A DNA stretch of 60,000 nucleotides from Camelus ferus (lineage: Eukaryota). The notes beneath the pieces are model-generated. The model ran no database searches, was not told the origin of the DNA, and saw nothing but the letters and a program-made list of their open reading frames with translations. The stretch spans positions 75,332,001-75,392,000 of the forward strand of contig NC_045696.1 of the NCBI RefSeq assembly GCF_009834535.1. The letters are read 5' to 3'. The translations under genes were made by a program, and so were the position numbers. The first letter of the stretch is position 1; the number at the start of each line of letters is the position of its first letter. Shown here in pieces: positions 1 through 12,619 of the stretch.

Positions 1-94
1 TTTGCTTTAATGTGGCTACTAGAAAATTTAATTGCAAATTTACATATATGGCTCACATTTGCAGCTTGCATTATGTTTCTATTGGACAGTGTTG
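1..94. mobile_element. hAT-Charlie DNA transposon end (MER33/MER3-like), cut by window edge
   Basis: aatgtggctactagaaaattt...gcattatgtttctattggacagtgttg matches the MER3/MER33 terminus as recalled. Confidence 0.8.
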
Positions 95-261
95 CTCTAA
101 AATTTGAACTTGAGGGGGATATTGCTTAGGAGATGCTGAAGGAAAGATCTGAGTAGATAAGTGATAAAATGGAAATTTTACTTGAGGATTGTGTTATTGT
201 GGCTTTTGTGGCTTAGAAAAATTTGCAGGGAGAAGCCACTAGAGAAGCAGAAGAGATAACT

Positions 262-452
262 GATAACAATTATTGTGCACTGACTTCCAGGCACCCTGGT
301 CCATTATCTTTCTTAATCCTCATAACTACCTTGGTATGTAAATATTCTTATTTCACATGTGAGAAAGTTGAGGTTTAAAACACGGAAGTAATTTGCCCCA
401 AATTACCTAACCTAATGAAAGAAAATTAGGGATTCAAACTCAGATCTGCTTC
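262..452 (-). mobile_element. MIR SINE
   Basis: aatcctcataactacc...gagaaagttgagg...aagtaatttgccc...gggattcaaactcag is the antisense MIR core. Confidence 0.8.
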
Positions 453-929
453 ATGTCCTTCCACTTGACCAGGGAGATGGAGAAGACTGGCAAGAGCTTC
501 TAGGGACATGACTCTGGAGATGGGGAACACCTAGAAAATGCTACAACAGAAAAGCAAGCAGGCATTGGGAAGAGACCAGTATAAATGGTTAAGAAATGAG
601 GGATTTAAACAAAGCTTTAGAACCAAGAACCCTGGTGATATAGTGGCAGATAGGATAATGTCCCAAGTTCCAAGTTGGGGGTTATGCTGGTAAAAAAGTG
701 CTGCTTTCTTCAAAACACAATCTGTGAATTAATTCCAGTAACATACACTAATTGGGCTCCCATCATATGTAAGACACTGTCCAGCAGGATGGGAGGCAAA
801 AAGAACCATTAAAGATAGTCCTCTAGTCTCTTGTCTACTTGGAAAGGCAAGAAATAAGCCTCTGAAACCATTGACTTGTAACAAAGCTTGAGGTAATGGA
901 GATAATGGAGCCTGACTAGGCATTAGGAA

Positions 930-1118
930 GTGTAACTTCTTTCTCACCCTAGATCTCTGGATAACTAGCAGCATGACCTTGTATGAGTTAATGTTCAGTT
1001 TTCTTAGCTGTGTAAAGTTGGCATAACATTATCTTTCCCACCTCTCATGCTGTTATGAGGACCAAAACCCAGATGAGGCTATGTGTATGATTATGCCTTA
1101 TGAATTGTCAAGTGCTAT
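930..1118 (+). mobile_element. MIR SINE
   Basis: actagcagcatgaccttg...tcagttttcttagctgtgtaaa...gctgttatgaggacc resembles the MIR core. Confidence 0.65.
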
Positions 1119-1289
1119 ACCTGACTTGAAAATCCTTTCATTAGTTGTTACTGGATTAGACCAAGGTATATGACCATTGTTTCTTGGGGACCTTTATTAA
1201 ATCTACAGATGTTGTCAGGCTTCTAACTCATTCCCAGTAGCACCTGAATGTGAACTCCATCAACTAAGTTAGCTATTTTCAAAAGTAAC

Positions 1290-1400
1290 ATTTTTGAGCA
1301 CATATAACTCATTATTACTTCTTATAGCAACTCTGTAAAGTTGGTATTGTTAGCCCCATTTTACTAATAAAAAACTCAAAGCTCTGAGTTTAAGTAACTC
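1290..1400 (-). mobile_element. MIR SINE fragment
   Basis: agcaactctgtaaagttggtattgttagccccattttac...gttaagtaact. Confidence 0.65.
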
Positions 1401-1467
1401 TATTTTAAGTGTGAGAGGATGGCCTTAAATCTGTGTTCTCTGTTGTACAAGGTGCTGTGTTCTTGCC

Positions 1468-1588
1468 TCCAATTCCCAGAGTCTGATTCTGTGGGTCTGG
1501 AGTAGGGTATCACAGTAGGTATCTGTATATTTTTAAAAACTTCCTAGAAATTTCATTAGGCATCAAAGCTTAGGAACCACTGCTCTAG
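1468..1588. mobile_element. MER5A-like hAT-Charlie fragment
   Basis: cccagagtctgattctgtgggtctgg...aaagcttaggaaccactgctctag. Confidence 0.75.
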
Positions 1589-3234
1589 CATACTCTTGAA
1601 CATCTCTGGGACAAGTGTTGTCTTGTGAGGCAGCTGAGATCTGACTGTTAGAAGAGCCCAAATCTGCTTTGAGGAGCTTCCACTGATAGGCTCAATCCTA
1701 TCCTGCAGGTAGATATGAGTAGCCTAAAAATCTTTCAATGTGTCATTCAGACACTTCATGTGTTCTTCAGGGACACCTGTTGAAGGCATCTGGGGCCCCT
1801 TCCTAAGAGATAGTCTAACTGAGTCTTTAGACTCCAAGTCTATTACTTCTTTCTTCCTTGGGACACATTTTTTTTTCCCTGAGAGAATAGAGAGGTGAGA
1901 ATTAGAGAATGAGTCACTGATGAGGTAGTTAAATGAGAAGTGATCACAACCAGGAGAATTTTGGATGCCTGGATTGGATATATATAAATGCCAGCAGAGC
2001 ACCCTGGTGGGAGGTGTCAGAGAAATAGCCTCAGCAGCTTCAAGGGCCAAAAGAAATAAAAAATTACTGGTATTAAAACTAGGTTCTAATATTTCTTTTT
2101 TTAGTAAAATGTAATATAAGTTATTTTAGTCGTGTTTCTGTTTTCCTGCCTTTTCAATTTCCCAAGTGATAAACAAAACAAAATAAAACTTCAAAAACAA
2201 AGAAAAAAATATTTGGATAAAGAACAGCCCAAGTGAGTGACAGCCAGCCTCCAGATAGCCTCGGGTAGGATGTGTAGAAGCTGTCAACACAGCTGGAAGA
2301 CACGGGCAGTTCTGAAATAAGTGTGCTTCTAGCCAGACAGGCCTAAAGAGACCTCTGGGGCCTTACTAGGCAGGCTCTGGTGGAGTCAGATTAAAAGAAA
2401 AGGCAGAGCCCTTCTGCCATCTCCAGCTCCCTCTATCCTTATCTTTCTCCCACAGGTTTTGCCTCAACTTTATTGGGATTAGGGGAGATGCACAGTCTCA
2501 CTCCAGAAAAAGAGGCAGTGGGAGGCAGAAACAATCAGCTGCTAGTCTGTGTGCAGGGGGATGCTTCAGGGTTCCCCGGGGGTCTCCTGCAGTCTGGAGT
2601 GGATCCTATCCATCCTTCCTACTGATATGTGCCAAGGACAGACTCTATGCTCTCCTCCAACCACTTGGGGGAAAAGACCTCAAATATATCTTTAGGTGAC
2701 ATTTCTAAGGACAATGCACCTTGTGAATGGGGGCATTTTAAGCAACCCTGACTCAATTCTGTGTTGGAAAGAAATGAAGGAAATATAAGCCAAAATAAAA
2801 TGGTGAGAGCCCTGCAATGGTGAGGGCACAGCCCAGGTTTTACTGCACTAGGGAGTTGTCAAATCTTAATGTTTTTATAGGTACTTGTCAGTCCACTGGT
2901 TCTGATTTTTGGTCATCTTTATTTTAACTGTGAGCCCCAGGGTCAAAGAGGGCAGAGCAGGTGAACATGAACTTGGGTATGACTTCCCTGTGTTTCCAGA
3001 GATCCTGAAATGTACATGTGGCCTCTCCTGCCAGTCCCTTAGACCTCCTTGAATATAATTTTCACTACCAGAGATACTTTTGTCAGTATTTAAATTGGCA
3101 TGCCACTCAGTCTGCCTTGTGTAGAATTATATTTTCCTGTATCCATGCACCCATTGACTGTAGGCTCTGAGAGGAAAACTTGGGTTTCTGGAATATCGAC
3201 TGAAAATCAGGCACTGTGCTCAAGATTTTAATCC

Positions 3235-3570
3235 TTATTCATTCATTCCACTGATGTAAAATGAGTCCTTACTTAATAATACCTCATGTTAGTAATGAAA
3301 GTAGACATGTTATTGTAGCTTACATCTTCTGGGGGAGCCAGCCAACAAACAAACAAACAAACACACACATTGATATGTGAACAAAACAATTACAGCTTGT
3401 TGTTAAGTGTTAAAAAAAATGTGTAAACAGGGTGCTGTTGTAGAAAATAATGGAAAGGTCTATTTTAGAAAGGGGGTCAGGAAAGGCCTGCAGGTCCCAT
3501 TTAAACTGAGCCCTGTAAGGTGATGAGAAAGTCACAGTCATGCCAGGGACTGAAGGAAGCCTGTGGTAAC
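3235..3570 (-). mobile_element. L2 LINE 3' fragment
   Basis: attcattcattc tail followed by ggggtcaggaaaggcctg...tttaaactgagccctgtaagg, typical of antisense L2. Confidence 0.6.
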
Positions 3571-3914
3571 AGGATGCTACATGTCCCTGCATTATTCCAG
3601 GACATGTCAGTCTCCTCTCCCCCACCAACTCGAGTGCCTGTGCATAGAATACAAAAAATATTTGCATATCTTCCTGTGCTTTCTTTTTCTGGTAGAGACA
3701 GTCAGAAGAACCTCCATTGGGAAGGTCTTCTGAGTCTTCACGTACTGGTGGCTCTTTATGTTGTGGGCTTATGTCAGGAATGAGGTGATCAGCCTACACA
3801 GAATGTACCCCAAGGCACCCCCATTTTGCTCAGCCATTCCCAGCAGGCTGCCACATTCCATGATGACAAACAAAAAGAAATTCTTCTCTGATTTTTTTAA
3901 ATAGTATTGCCAAG

Positions 3915-4230
3915 TTTTCCTTTTTTTTCTTTTGTTTTTTCTCCTTTCTTCTTCCTCCGACTTCTCCCCCGCCTTTCTTCTCTTTCTTTCTGTCCTTCCT
4001 GATGGTCGTCTCTTTCTTGTCTTCTTTTTTCGTAGTCTTTCTTCTTATCTTTTCTTTCTTCTTTCTTTTCTTTTCTTTTCTTGACTTTTATTTCTTCTCT
4101 TTTCGGGCCTCATTCCTTCCTTCCTTTCCTGTCCTTCCTTCCTTCCTCCCTCCCTCCCTCCCCTCCCCCCTTCCTTCCTCCTTCCTCCTTCCTTCCTTCC
4201 TTCCTCCTTCCTTCCTTCCTTCCTTTATGT
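3915..4230 (+). repeat. CT-rich low-complexity tract ending in (TTCC)n/(CTCC)n microsatellite
   Basis: Directly visible ttccttccttcc and ctccctccctcc arrays. Confidence 0.95.
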
Positions 4231-4561
4231 AGCTACCTTCTTCCTCTATGCCTTTTACATTAATTTCTTGTAAGCTCTGGTTCTCCTTATGTGGTGTACA
4301 GACTACAGGCCAGGAGTGTCAGAAACAGGCTGGGAGATGAAGCCCAGAGCTGCTGGTGGGAAGACAAAGCAATTGGGGCCAAGGGCAGGGGCGGAGGGGG
4401 TGCTGGGCCAACACAGAGGGCTTCCCACCAAGAGAGAAGGCCAAGTCCTGACCTGGCTTCCTGCAGGTCCACGCTTTCTGTGTGTGAGCCCCTTCCCATG
4501 CCTTCTTGTGTCTAGTCCTTCTCATTGTCCTCTCTCTTGTGATTTCTTTTGTTGTTCAAAG

Positions 4562-4650
4562 TCTAAAGTTGTCCTTCATGTAAATGTTCTTGTTATGGCT
4601 TCCAGCGTTTTACACAAGAAAAGTGATAACTATTTATAAAACTACTGCAG
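4562..4650 (+). other. Candidate exon (probably non-coding)
   Basis: Perfect donor CAG|GTAAGT at 4650/4651; possible acceptors ttgttcaaag (4561) or ggcttccag (4605) after pyrimidine-rich sequence. Confidence 0.35.
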
Positions 4651-4899
4651 GTAAGTGGAGGGTGGAGAGAAGTCCCTGAGCCGAGGATTATGAAGTATCA
4701 TCAGCCTGGGAGAGTCTGACTTCCCACTCCCAGAGTTCTGGCAAGACTGCTTTTGTTTAATTTGGTTTTAATTCTATTAATGGGAGCAAAGGCTGTGTCA
4801 TGAGGAAACAAAAATTAGGCTAAAGAAGCCTTTTCTTCACTGAGGTTGAGCCATTCTCTCGGCTGCGGTGAAGGGGCTCTGGGATCTGACCACTGCCTG

Positions 4900-5070
4900 A
4901 GGCTGACCAGCTTTGTGGCCTAGGGCAGGCTACTTGCCTTCTCTGAATCTCCATTTCTTCATCTGACATGAGGGATAATGCCTCCAGACTCTTGGGAGGA
5001 TTCAGTGAGGTAATGCAGCTGAAAATGTTTTGTAACCTGTAAAATGCTAAACAAATGGGAGGTATTATCT
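4900..5070 (+). mobile_element. MIR-family SINE
   Basis: accagctttgtggcctagggcaggctacttgccttctctgaatctccatttcttcatctg...gggaggattcagtgag. Confidence 0.75.
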
Positions 5071-5819
5071 TTCTCTGGCATGGAAAGGTCAGGAATAAGT
5101 GAATGTCAGGCAAAATGTGAGAAAATTGCTTAGAGTACAAGCATGTTGACTCTGCTACGTTGGATCTGTGTCAGGCCTCAGTACTGCTTTAAGGACATCT
5201 GCTGTAAGAGGTTACTTTACCCCCAAGTGGGTTATGTCTGACTCTGTGGGTTATTGTTACCTGGGTGCCAAAGAAAAACTTAGAGCTTAGGGTGGAATAC
5301 TTAATGGTCAGGGGAGGCTGAGAGGTCTCCTGAGGAGGAGGGGGGTGTGGTACAATCAAACCCAATACCCCAGGACCCTCTTTTTGCAGAGGCAATAAAG
5401 TGAGCTTGGTGGGAATGATTGAGGCTGGAGGAGCAAAGCAGATGGTGAGGAGGGTGTGAAGGTAGAATATGGATGTAAGGTAGAGAGGAGGGCAGTGAAG
5501 GAGCCCTTCTGTGTCAGTCCTCACCTGCACTATCCATCTCTGTGTGTGTCTGTTTCTCCACGGCCTGGCCCCCTCTCTGCCAAAAATTGGCCTGTGCAGC
5601 CCTCAGCCAGGTGTGAAGCCCTGGTCATTTGTGCTCACCTGGTTAGTCTTATCACTGGAACCACTGAGTATGTCCAGGCTCTCAGGCTAGACTGGTATCC
5701 TGAGTGGCTTCCAGTTCCTCATTGAGGCCTGAGTCCTGCCATGATGCCAGCCTGCTTCCTCTCACCTGCTCCCCTCCACAGGCCTGAGTGCTTCCTCTAA
5801 ACCCTTCTTCAGCCAAGTA

Positions 5820-6058
5820 TAGGAGCATTCACGTGGGCCTGGGGTCAGAGACTTGAATGTGGATACTGATCCCATCTCATTCTAGTTGGGTAAGTTTAAG
5901 CCCCTGATTATCCTCTCTGAGCCTCACCATTCTCATCTTTAGGATGGGAATAATATATGTATTTGAACACTTATGAGATAATACATGTAAAGTACCTGGT
6001 GGACCTGACATATAATACGTGGTTAATAAATGGTTGATATTATGATTATTATGGTTAT
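5820..6058 (+). mobile_element. MIR SINE
   Basis: ctctctgagcctcaccattctcatctttaggatgggaataat...taatacatgtaaagtacctgg...aataaatggtt. Confidence 0.85.
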
Positions 6059-6412
6059 TCCACATGGAGAGGCTCCTGAGAACCAGCATGCTGCTACCAG
6101 CCTGACAGGTGGCCAGAGACTCCTCCATCCACTTGATCTGAAGGTTTCGGTATCAGTCTTTGTTTCACAATGATCCTGTGGACCCTCTAATTTATACTCT
6201 GGCCTCTGTTGTTTGTGGTATGCCTAAAACTGAGCCCGTTTTCTTGTCCCAGAAGTGGTCTAGAGCAGAGCAGATTATTCCACTTTTAGACATGCTTTTC
6301 TAAGAAAATGTGTGAACACTGATCAAAGATTTCCTATATTTATCAAAGCAAACACTTCTTTTAAACACCTAAGAAAAAAGTGCTCCAATGCTAGCTTGCA
6401 GTCTTTACTTAC

Positions 6413-6479
6413 CCGTGCTCACCCTTGCTCAGGTTTGTCCTGACTCTACCCCGAGCAGGTGTGTCAGAAGTTCTGACAT
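6413..6479 (-). other. Candidate antisense exon (67 nt)
   Basis: Minus strand: aattgatttctgcag|ATGTCAG...GCACGG|gtaagt, with consensus acceptor and donor. Confidence 0.3.
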
Positions 6480-6804
6480 CTGCAGAAATCAATTCCGGTG
6501 GAAAACTGGAAGTTCTTCCGTCTAAACTTAACTTTACCTTGGTCTCCTTGGAGTGCCCTCAGAGATATGGTAGCTGGTACCTAGCTTCATTCAACTTAGA
6601 AGAATAAACTCCATTATTTCAAACCTCATCAGGTTCTGAAAGTCTTGGCTGGTGTTTACTACTGAGCAATTTAAATACACCAGAGTTTTTACCAATGCTT
6701 ATTAAAAGGCTCATTAGGCTTTTAAGTACGAGTAGCTTTTATAATAGGACATGCTGATGAGTCAATTAAAAGTAAACCCAAATCATATTTTAAAATTATA
6801 TTAT

Positions 6805-9180
6805 CCTTCATTCAACGTATTTAAAATATATTTGCTGAATCTCTATCATGTGCCAGACCCAATGTGCTGGGAACACAAAATAATACACATCTCTGTACTT
6901 GTGGACCTTCCCTTCTGGCGTAGCAATTAGTAAAGGAAATACATAGGTTATGCATCATACATGAAGGTAGTAAGTATTCTAGAGAAACATTAGGTAGGAA
7001 AGGAAGATAGGAAGTGCAGGAGCTGCAAGTGTGTTTATGGTGATCAGAGAGCCTTGCTGAGAACGTGGGAGTGACCCATGTGAGTTCTGGGAGAAAAGCC
7101 TTCCAGGCAAGGAGAGCAACAGGTGAAAGAGACCACACAGTGGGAGCATGCCCACTTTGTTCCAGGAATAGCATGGAGGCCCTTGTGGCTGAACTGGACT
7201 GAGCAAGGAGAGAGTAGTAGATGAGGCCAGGTTGTGAGGGCCAGATTGTGAAAGGCCTGGGAGGCCACTGTGCAGACTTTGCCTTTTATTCTGAGAGAGG
7301 TGGGTGCTGAGAAGTGTCATGAGCTGCCTTGCCCTTTAACAGGGTCACTCCCCACTCTGTTGGGAATAGACTGTAGCGGGGGGAGGTGGAAGCAGGGAGA
7401 CCTGCCATAATTGAGGTGAGAGATGAAGGCAGTTTGGATTGGTGTGCTGGAAACGGTGGTGTCAGATTCTGGCTCTCTTTTGAAGGTAAGGTCAATCAGT
7501 CTTGATGGATTAGGTGTAGGAAATGAGAAAGAGGAGTCAAGGATCTCTCCTAAACTTTTGACTTTAACAACTGAGAACTTACCATTAATTGAGAAGAAAT
7601 GAAAGTGGATTAGGTTTGATTGAAAATCAGGCATTCAATTTGAACTCTTAAGGTAAAGATATATATGAAATATCCAAGTGGAGGTGTCAAGTAGGCAGTT
7701 AGATCTTTGAGTCTGGAGTCTGGGGTAGAAATGTAAGGAGTTGTGAGTTTATAGAAGATATTTAAAGCCTTGGCGTTTGGTTAAGTCCATCCAGGGAGTG
7801 AGTGTAGAAAGAGAGAAGAGGTAGGAGAGATGAAGAAAAACAAAGGAGACTAAGAGCATGGCGTTCTGAAACAAGTGAAGAAAGGAGGAGGGCAGGATGA
7901 AATCACCTGTATCAGATGCTTCTGAGATGTAAATAAAGTGAGACCTGAAAACTGACATTTTGATCTAACAAATAGAGGTTTTGGTAAACTTGATGAAAAT
8001 AACTGGTGGAGTTATGTTGGGCAAAAGTCTAACTGAAGTGAATTTAAGAAAGAAAGGAAAAAGAAGAATTGGAAAGAGTGATTACAGACAGACTTTTAAA
8101 GAAACTTTACAGTAAAGGCAGAAAAATAAGGCACTTCCTATGGGGAAGTGGAGTCAAGGAAGGGTTCTTGAGGATTGGAGAATAGTAGCTTGCCTTTAGG
8201 TTGATGGCAAAGGTTCCATGGAGAAGAAAAAATTTAAGGAAGCAGTGTTGGAGCACTGTCTTGAGTGGGCCTGGAATCCAATACACAAGTGAAAGACTAC
8301 CCCCCCCCCCACCATAGTAGCCTGGGCAGTTTATCTATAGTATGAGGAAGGAAGTCAGGAGTTAGGAACACAGAAGGTGGGTTGGTGTGATGGTGGGAGC
8401 TTGAAGGAGTTCTCTTATGGTTGCTTCCATTTTTTATTGAAGTAGGAATTAAGATCAATCATGAGTTGAGAATGAAGATGCGGAGTAGTGGCTAGAGATA
8501 AGAGAACTAGTAAGATATGAAACAGAAGAACTACACTTGACAATAGGCTGGGGAAACCTAGTATGCTTGCTCTTAGACCCATTTGAGGTTTATGGTCATG
8601 AATACAAAGTGGGTCTATATTCCATTGTTGTATCCAACTATTTTCAACAGTATGGGTACAAGTGCAGAATAAGCAGAGAGCTGAATTTACCCTGGGTTGA
8701 AGTTTTGCCAAGTCTGATGAAATATGAGAGGGCAAGAGAATTGAGGATGCCTGAAAAAGAATGATGAATCATAATGGGTTGTGGACTTTAAGCTGGCTAC
8801 AAGAGAAGGTGAAATAAGGACAGGGACGAGGCAAGAGACAACAAAAGGACAGTATTATCAATGGATTGTAGATCTTGGTGCCACCAATGGTTTTTGGCAA
8901 GTACAAGAGGATGAGCTGGAGAGACAGGAGGTGGTGGTCAGAGAGTGGGAGTCTTCAAATTTAAATTGTGGTCAGGTTGCAGGTTTTGGTAAGGACAAGC
9001 CTGGAGATGTGACCCTGGGAATGAGTGGCTGAGATAGGAAGGTGGACAATATCACTGAAGGAGAGGTGTTTCAGAAACCGAAAGGGCAGTGTTTGTAGGA
9101 GACTCATCAATGTGAATATTGCTAAGAATTTGAAGAATTCTCCAAATTTAAGTGAAGATATGGAAGACATTAGTTTAGAC
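6805..9180 (-). mobile_element. Long L2 LINE fragment (about 2.4 kb, 3' end plus decayed ORF2)
   Basis: 3' tail ttcattcaac at about 6808; ORF 7317-7634 peptide KSLGEILDSSFS...TAFISHLNY...PLQSIPN resembles the L2 ORF2 C-terminus (KNLGVILDSSLS...ISCLDYCN...PLQSILN). Confidence 0.85.
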
Positions 9181-9479
9181 TACATTATCAACTTCCTCAG
9201 CATGCACAAAGCAAATGTTCACTATGGTATTTCACTATGGACATATGAAATCATGCGACCAGTGTTAGCACAGACCTTTATGCATGTCAGGTGCCGCTCC
9301 TCTACCCTTCTGTGAACAACCTTCCCGTCTGTCGAGGCTAGCAGTTCCATTGCAGTCATTCTTTTGCTTGCCTGTTCTCCTAGCCCAACTACAATCTCTT
9401 TAAGGACAAAGACAACATTATTGCTCACAGAAGCGTCAGAGGTTGTACAGGTGCTTGATATGTATTTGTTGTTATGTAG

Positions 9480-9705
9480 TACACGGCAGTTAGAATACTG
9501 ATTTGGAAGCCTGACACGCTAATCTAATCGAATCCCAGTTGCCTCTGATTAGCCATATACACCTGGAAAAGACACAAACCCATTTCCTCTTCTGTAAAAT
9601 GAGGAAATGACACTTCCTTATAGGGATGTGGGAAAGTTAACAAAGTAAGCTTTTACACATAAAGTGCTCAGTATTGACCTGGTCCATAGATAATGCTTAG
9701 TAAAT
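9480..9705 (+). mobile_element. MIR SINE
   Basis: cgaatcccagttgcctctgattagc...catttcctcttctgtaaaatgagg. Confidence 0.7.
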
Positions 9706-10763
9706 TGTAACTTCTGATGCATGAAAGCAATAAAATATCACATTTGACTGGGTTATTTCCCGAGTAACACAATTCCACATCACCCAGCACTGTACAACAG
9801 TCCTTCAGAGAAAAAAGCGTACTAGGAGCAAGCAGACTCTGATCTCCAGTGATCTGGTAACATGCCCAGTGAGAGATGATGAAAGAATGATTCTGTTTTT
9901 TATTAGTAGAGCAGACTTCATAAGATCTCTTGGCCAAAGCTGTGGCCCCCTCTGTACATGTGGCTCAGAATATGCAGTGTCTCTGTCTCCATAGCTACTC
10001 AATGGCTGAAGTCATGTTGCCAGTTCTTGGCTCTGTGTTGTCAGTGATTACATTACTATAAATCACAAATTGATTAAATCAGAGCACACAGATAGGATAC
10101 ATGCTTATTTATAAGCACAGGAGCTACTATTTCACAAAGGTGCACTTAATTGTTCCTAGGCTCTGTTTTCAGGGAAACAAGGATTGACACAGAACAAGGT
10201 GAAGTGGGCTCAAATGTACACTTTCTCATTCAGTGAAGCCTTTTCCTGCTCCTTACTAAGCCCCTGATCTTTTGATTGATCAGAAAACTGTGCTGTGGAT
10301 CATCAATTTCACCTTCTGTCTGTATTCTGTAATTTCTCCCTAAGCTCAGAGATTGCTGCTCTGAGACACCGAAGGCTGAGATAATGAGTCTAGACCACTC
10401 ATTTTCTCTGCCTAGCAGATGGGAACACCTGTCAGGTGTGGCCAGTCTGCCTCTCTAGAGGTTGGGCAGTGGTGGTGTATTCAGACCCTCTTTCTCTTTC
10501 TAAATGTCAGAAGGTTATACAATTAAAGGAGAGTCAAAACACCCATGTGAACTCTCAAAGCAACTGAAAAATATTTCTTATATTTTAGGTTTGAATTTTA
10601 GTGGAATTATCCTGAATTGGAAACTTTAATTGCAAGAAAGTTTTCTTTCGATGGGCTTAAATGTTTTTAAGAAACAACGTGGGCATTTTGACTCTGACTA
10701 GATCTCTTTAGATCACTGCAGGTTTAAACCAACATCAACCATGTGTTCTATTTCCTTGTAGCC

Positions 10764-10800
10764 TGTGTGTTTGCGTGTGCGCGCGTGCGCGTGTGTGGCG
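10764..10800. repeat. Alternating purine-pyrimidine (TG/CG)n microsatellite
   Basis: tgtgtgtttgcgtgtgcgcgcgtgcgcgtgtgtg. Confidence 0.85.
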
Positions 10801-10984
10801 GGGGGCACTTTCAAGAGTCAATTCTTTTAATGCAGGCATCAGATTGAATATGAAACTGGGGCGATTCTATTGTTACCTGCTACTTTATTGAACCTCTCCT
10901 ACACTCAGGTCTCCCAGGAGGAGGAAGCAATCTCCTTTGTGCACATCCCTGGAGCACTCTTTAAGTGGAAAACCTCTGAAGAGT

Positions 10985-11085
10985 GAGTCAGAAGACCTAG
11001 ATTTTAGTCACAGAGCAGTTACCAACAAGTGGGTGACCTTGGGCAAATCATGGCACCTCTCCAAGCCTCAGCTTCCTACTTAAAA
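10985..11085 (+). mobile_element. MIR SINE fragment
   Basis: gagtcagaagacctagatt...gtgaccttgggcaaatcatggcacctctccaagcctcagcttcct. Confidence 0.8.
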
Positions 11086-11114
11086 TTAACAAACGAGTTG
11101 CTTTACAGTGGAAG

Positions 11115-11420
11115 CAATACAGCAGAGTGATTACACTTTTTGGCTAGAAGTCAGATGATCTTGTTCAAATCTTGGAATCAAAACTTAAGAACTGTATGGT
11201 TTTGGTCCTTAGTTTTATCACCTGTAAAATGGGGATAATAATTGTAGCTACTTTATAGGGATTAGGCCCTCTGCTGTACATCTCTCCCATGAGCTGAACA
11301 ATGGCCCAAGATCTTTGATGGGTTAATTCAGCTAATTTTAGATCCACCTAACATCAATTCAGTAAAGACTTTAGAACTCTGGCATGTAGCATTGAAACTT
11401 TTGTTGTTGTTATTGTTATA
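11115..11420 (+). mobile_element. MIR SINE interrupted by about 100 bp of unrelated sequence
   Basis: cttagttttatcacctgtaaaatggggataataattgtagctactttataggg, then resumes at gtaaagactttagaactctggcatgtag. Confidence 0.7.
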
Positions 11421-11559
11421 CCTCTAAGGAAACTTCTGGTTTAAAATTTTTCCATTTTAATAAGTGGAAATTTATTAAATTTAATTTATTTTATTTAATA
11501 TTGTTCACTTCTTTAGTCTCCACTCGCTTCTGGAAGGTCTTTGATTGTTGATATCTAGA

Positions 11560-11660
11560 TGTTGATATCTAGAGGGCAGAGCCCAGGGATGCTGCTGTTG
11601 GACATTCTACAGTGCACAAGACAGCCCTTCTCCTCACCAACAAAGACTTACCCTGCCTGC
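11560..11660 (+). mobile_element. MER20 hAT-Charlie fragment
   Basis: atctagagggcagagcccagggatgctgctg...acattctacagtgcacaagacagccc...caacaaagacttacc. Confidence 0.8.
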
Positions 11661-12619
11661 CCTTGAGGATTCCAAGGGGAGGAGGAAGGAGTTTAAAGGC
11701 TGCTTGGAGAATCTCTTAGAGATTCATTTTCCTTTACTTTGCCAAATTCGTGAATATTGGCAGTAGTGATGCTTCTGGCTCCATGTGAGTGGGGATGGAG
11801 AAGGTTAGTTGCCCATTTTATAATTAACTTTCCGATGAAAAAGCTCAACTTCATTCCTCTTCCTCAAATAAAAAAAATTTTTTTCTAGTCAAGAAAAATC
11901 AGTAAAAACCTATTCTGGCTGCCTACAAACAAAACTTTTCTCGACTGTATCTGCTTCCTTTCCCTTATCTCTGTGGTTTGCTGCCTCTTGCTATTTTACC
12001 CTCTACGTGGGATACAGCCTCCCTCTACTGCTCATCCCTTTCATCTTTTATATTACAGTCCTGTATTAAACTCTACTACAGTCCTACTCATCCTCTAAGA
12101 AAGGACTCACGCATGACTCCTTCCATGTTGCTTTTCCGGATTACCCAAGTGTTTCTTGTTTACCTCTGACTCCCAGAGCCCTGTGATTTTATGTCTCACA
12201 ATGTATCTCATATCCTGTCTTGCATTATAGGTGTTGCTCTTCTTGTTTAATTGCTCCTTCTCAATGATAAGTCTCTGGAAGCTAGGAATTGCCTCTCATT
12301 CATCTCTGAATCATGTGCAGAATTTAGCACAATTTGTGGAATGTTGCACACAGTGAAGTCTCAGTCAACATTTTGAATTACAATATTGTCCCCATGACTA
12401 AACTCCACCCCTGCATGGTCACAGCCGTCACCCATGACATCCATTGGCTTGCACTAGTATTCCTGCTTTACTTTTCTTAGTTATTACCTTCACAGCCTCC
12501 ACACTCTTCCCCCTCCTTCCCACCTCTCCTCTCTTTTATTGTTGAAGGTTAATTATTTTCATTGACGAAATCTGCCAGGATACACTTCACTTGTCTGTTC
12601 TCTTCTATTAACAACATGC

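Noticed and set aside
1921..1940. TGAGGTAGT let-7-like seed
   Set aside because: The rest of the mature sequence does not match and no complementary hairpin arm is visible.
2430..2460. Strong orphan acceptors (2455; also about 45422, 52936, 54117)
   Set aside because: No convincing paired donor or open frame; such sites are common in introns.
4002..4263. F/S/P-rich ORFs
   Set aside because: Translations of the (TTCC)n microsatellite.
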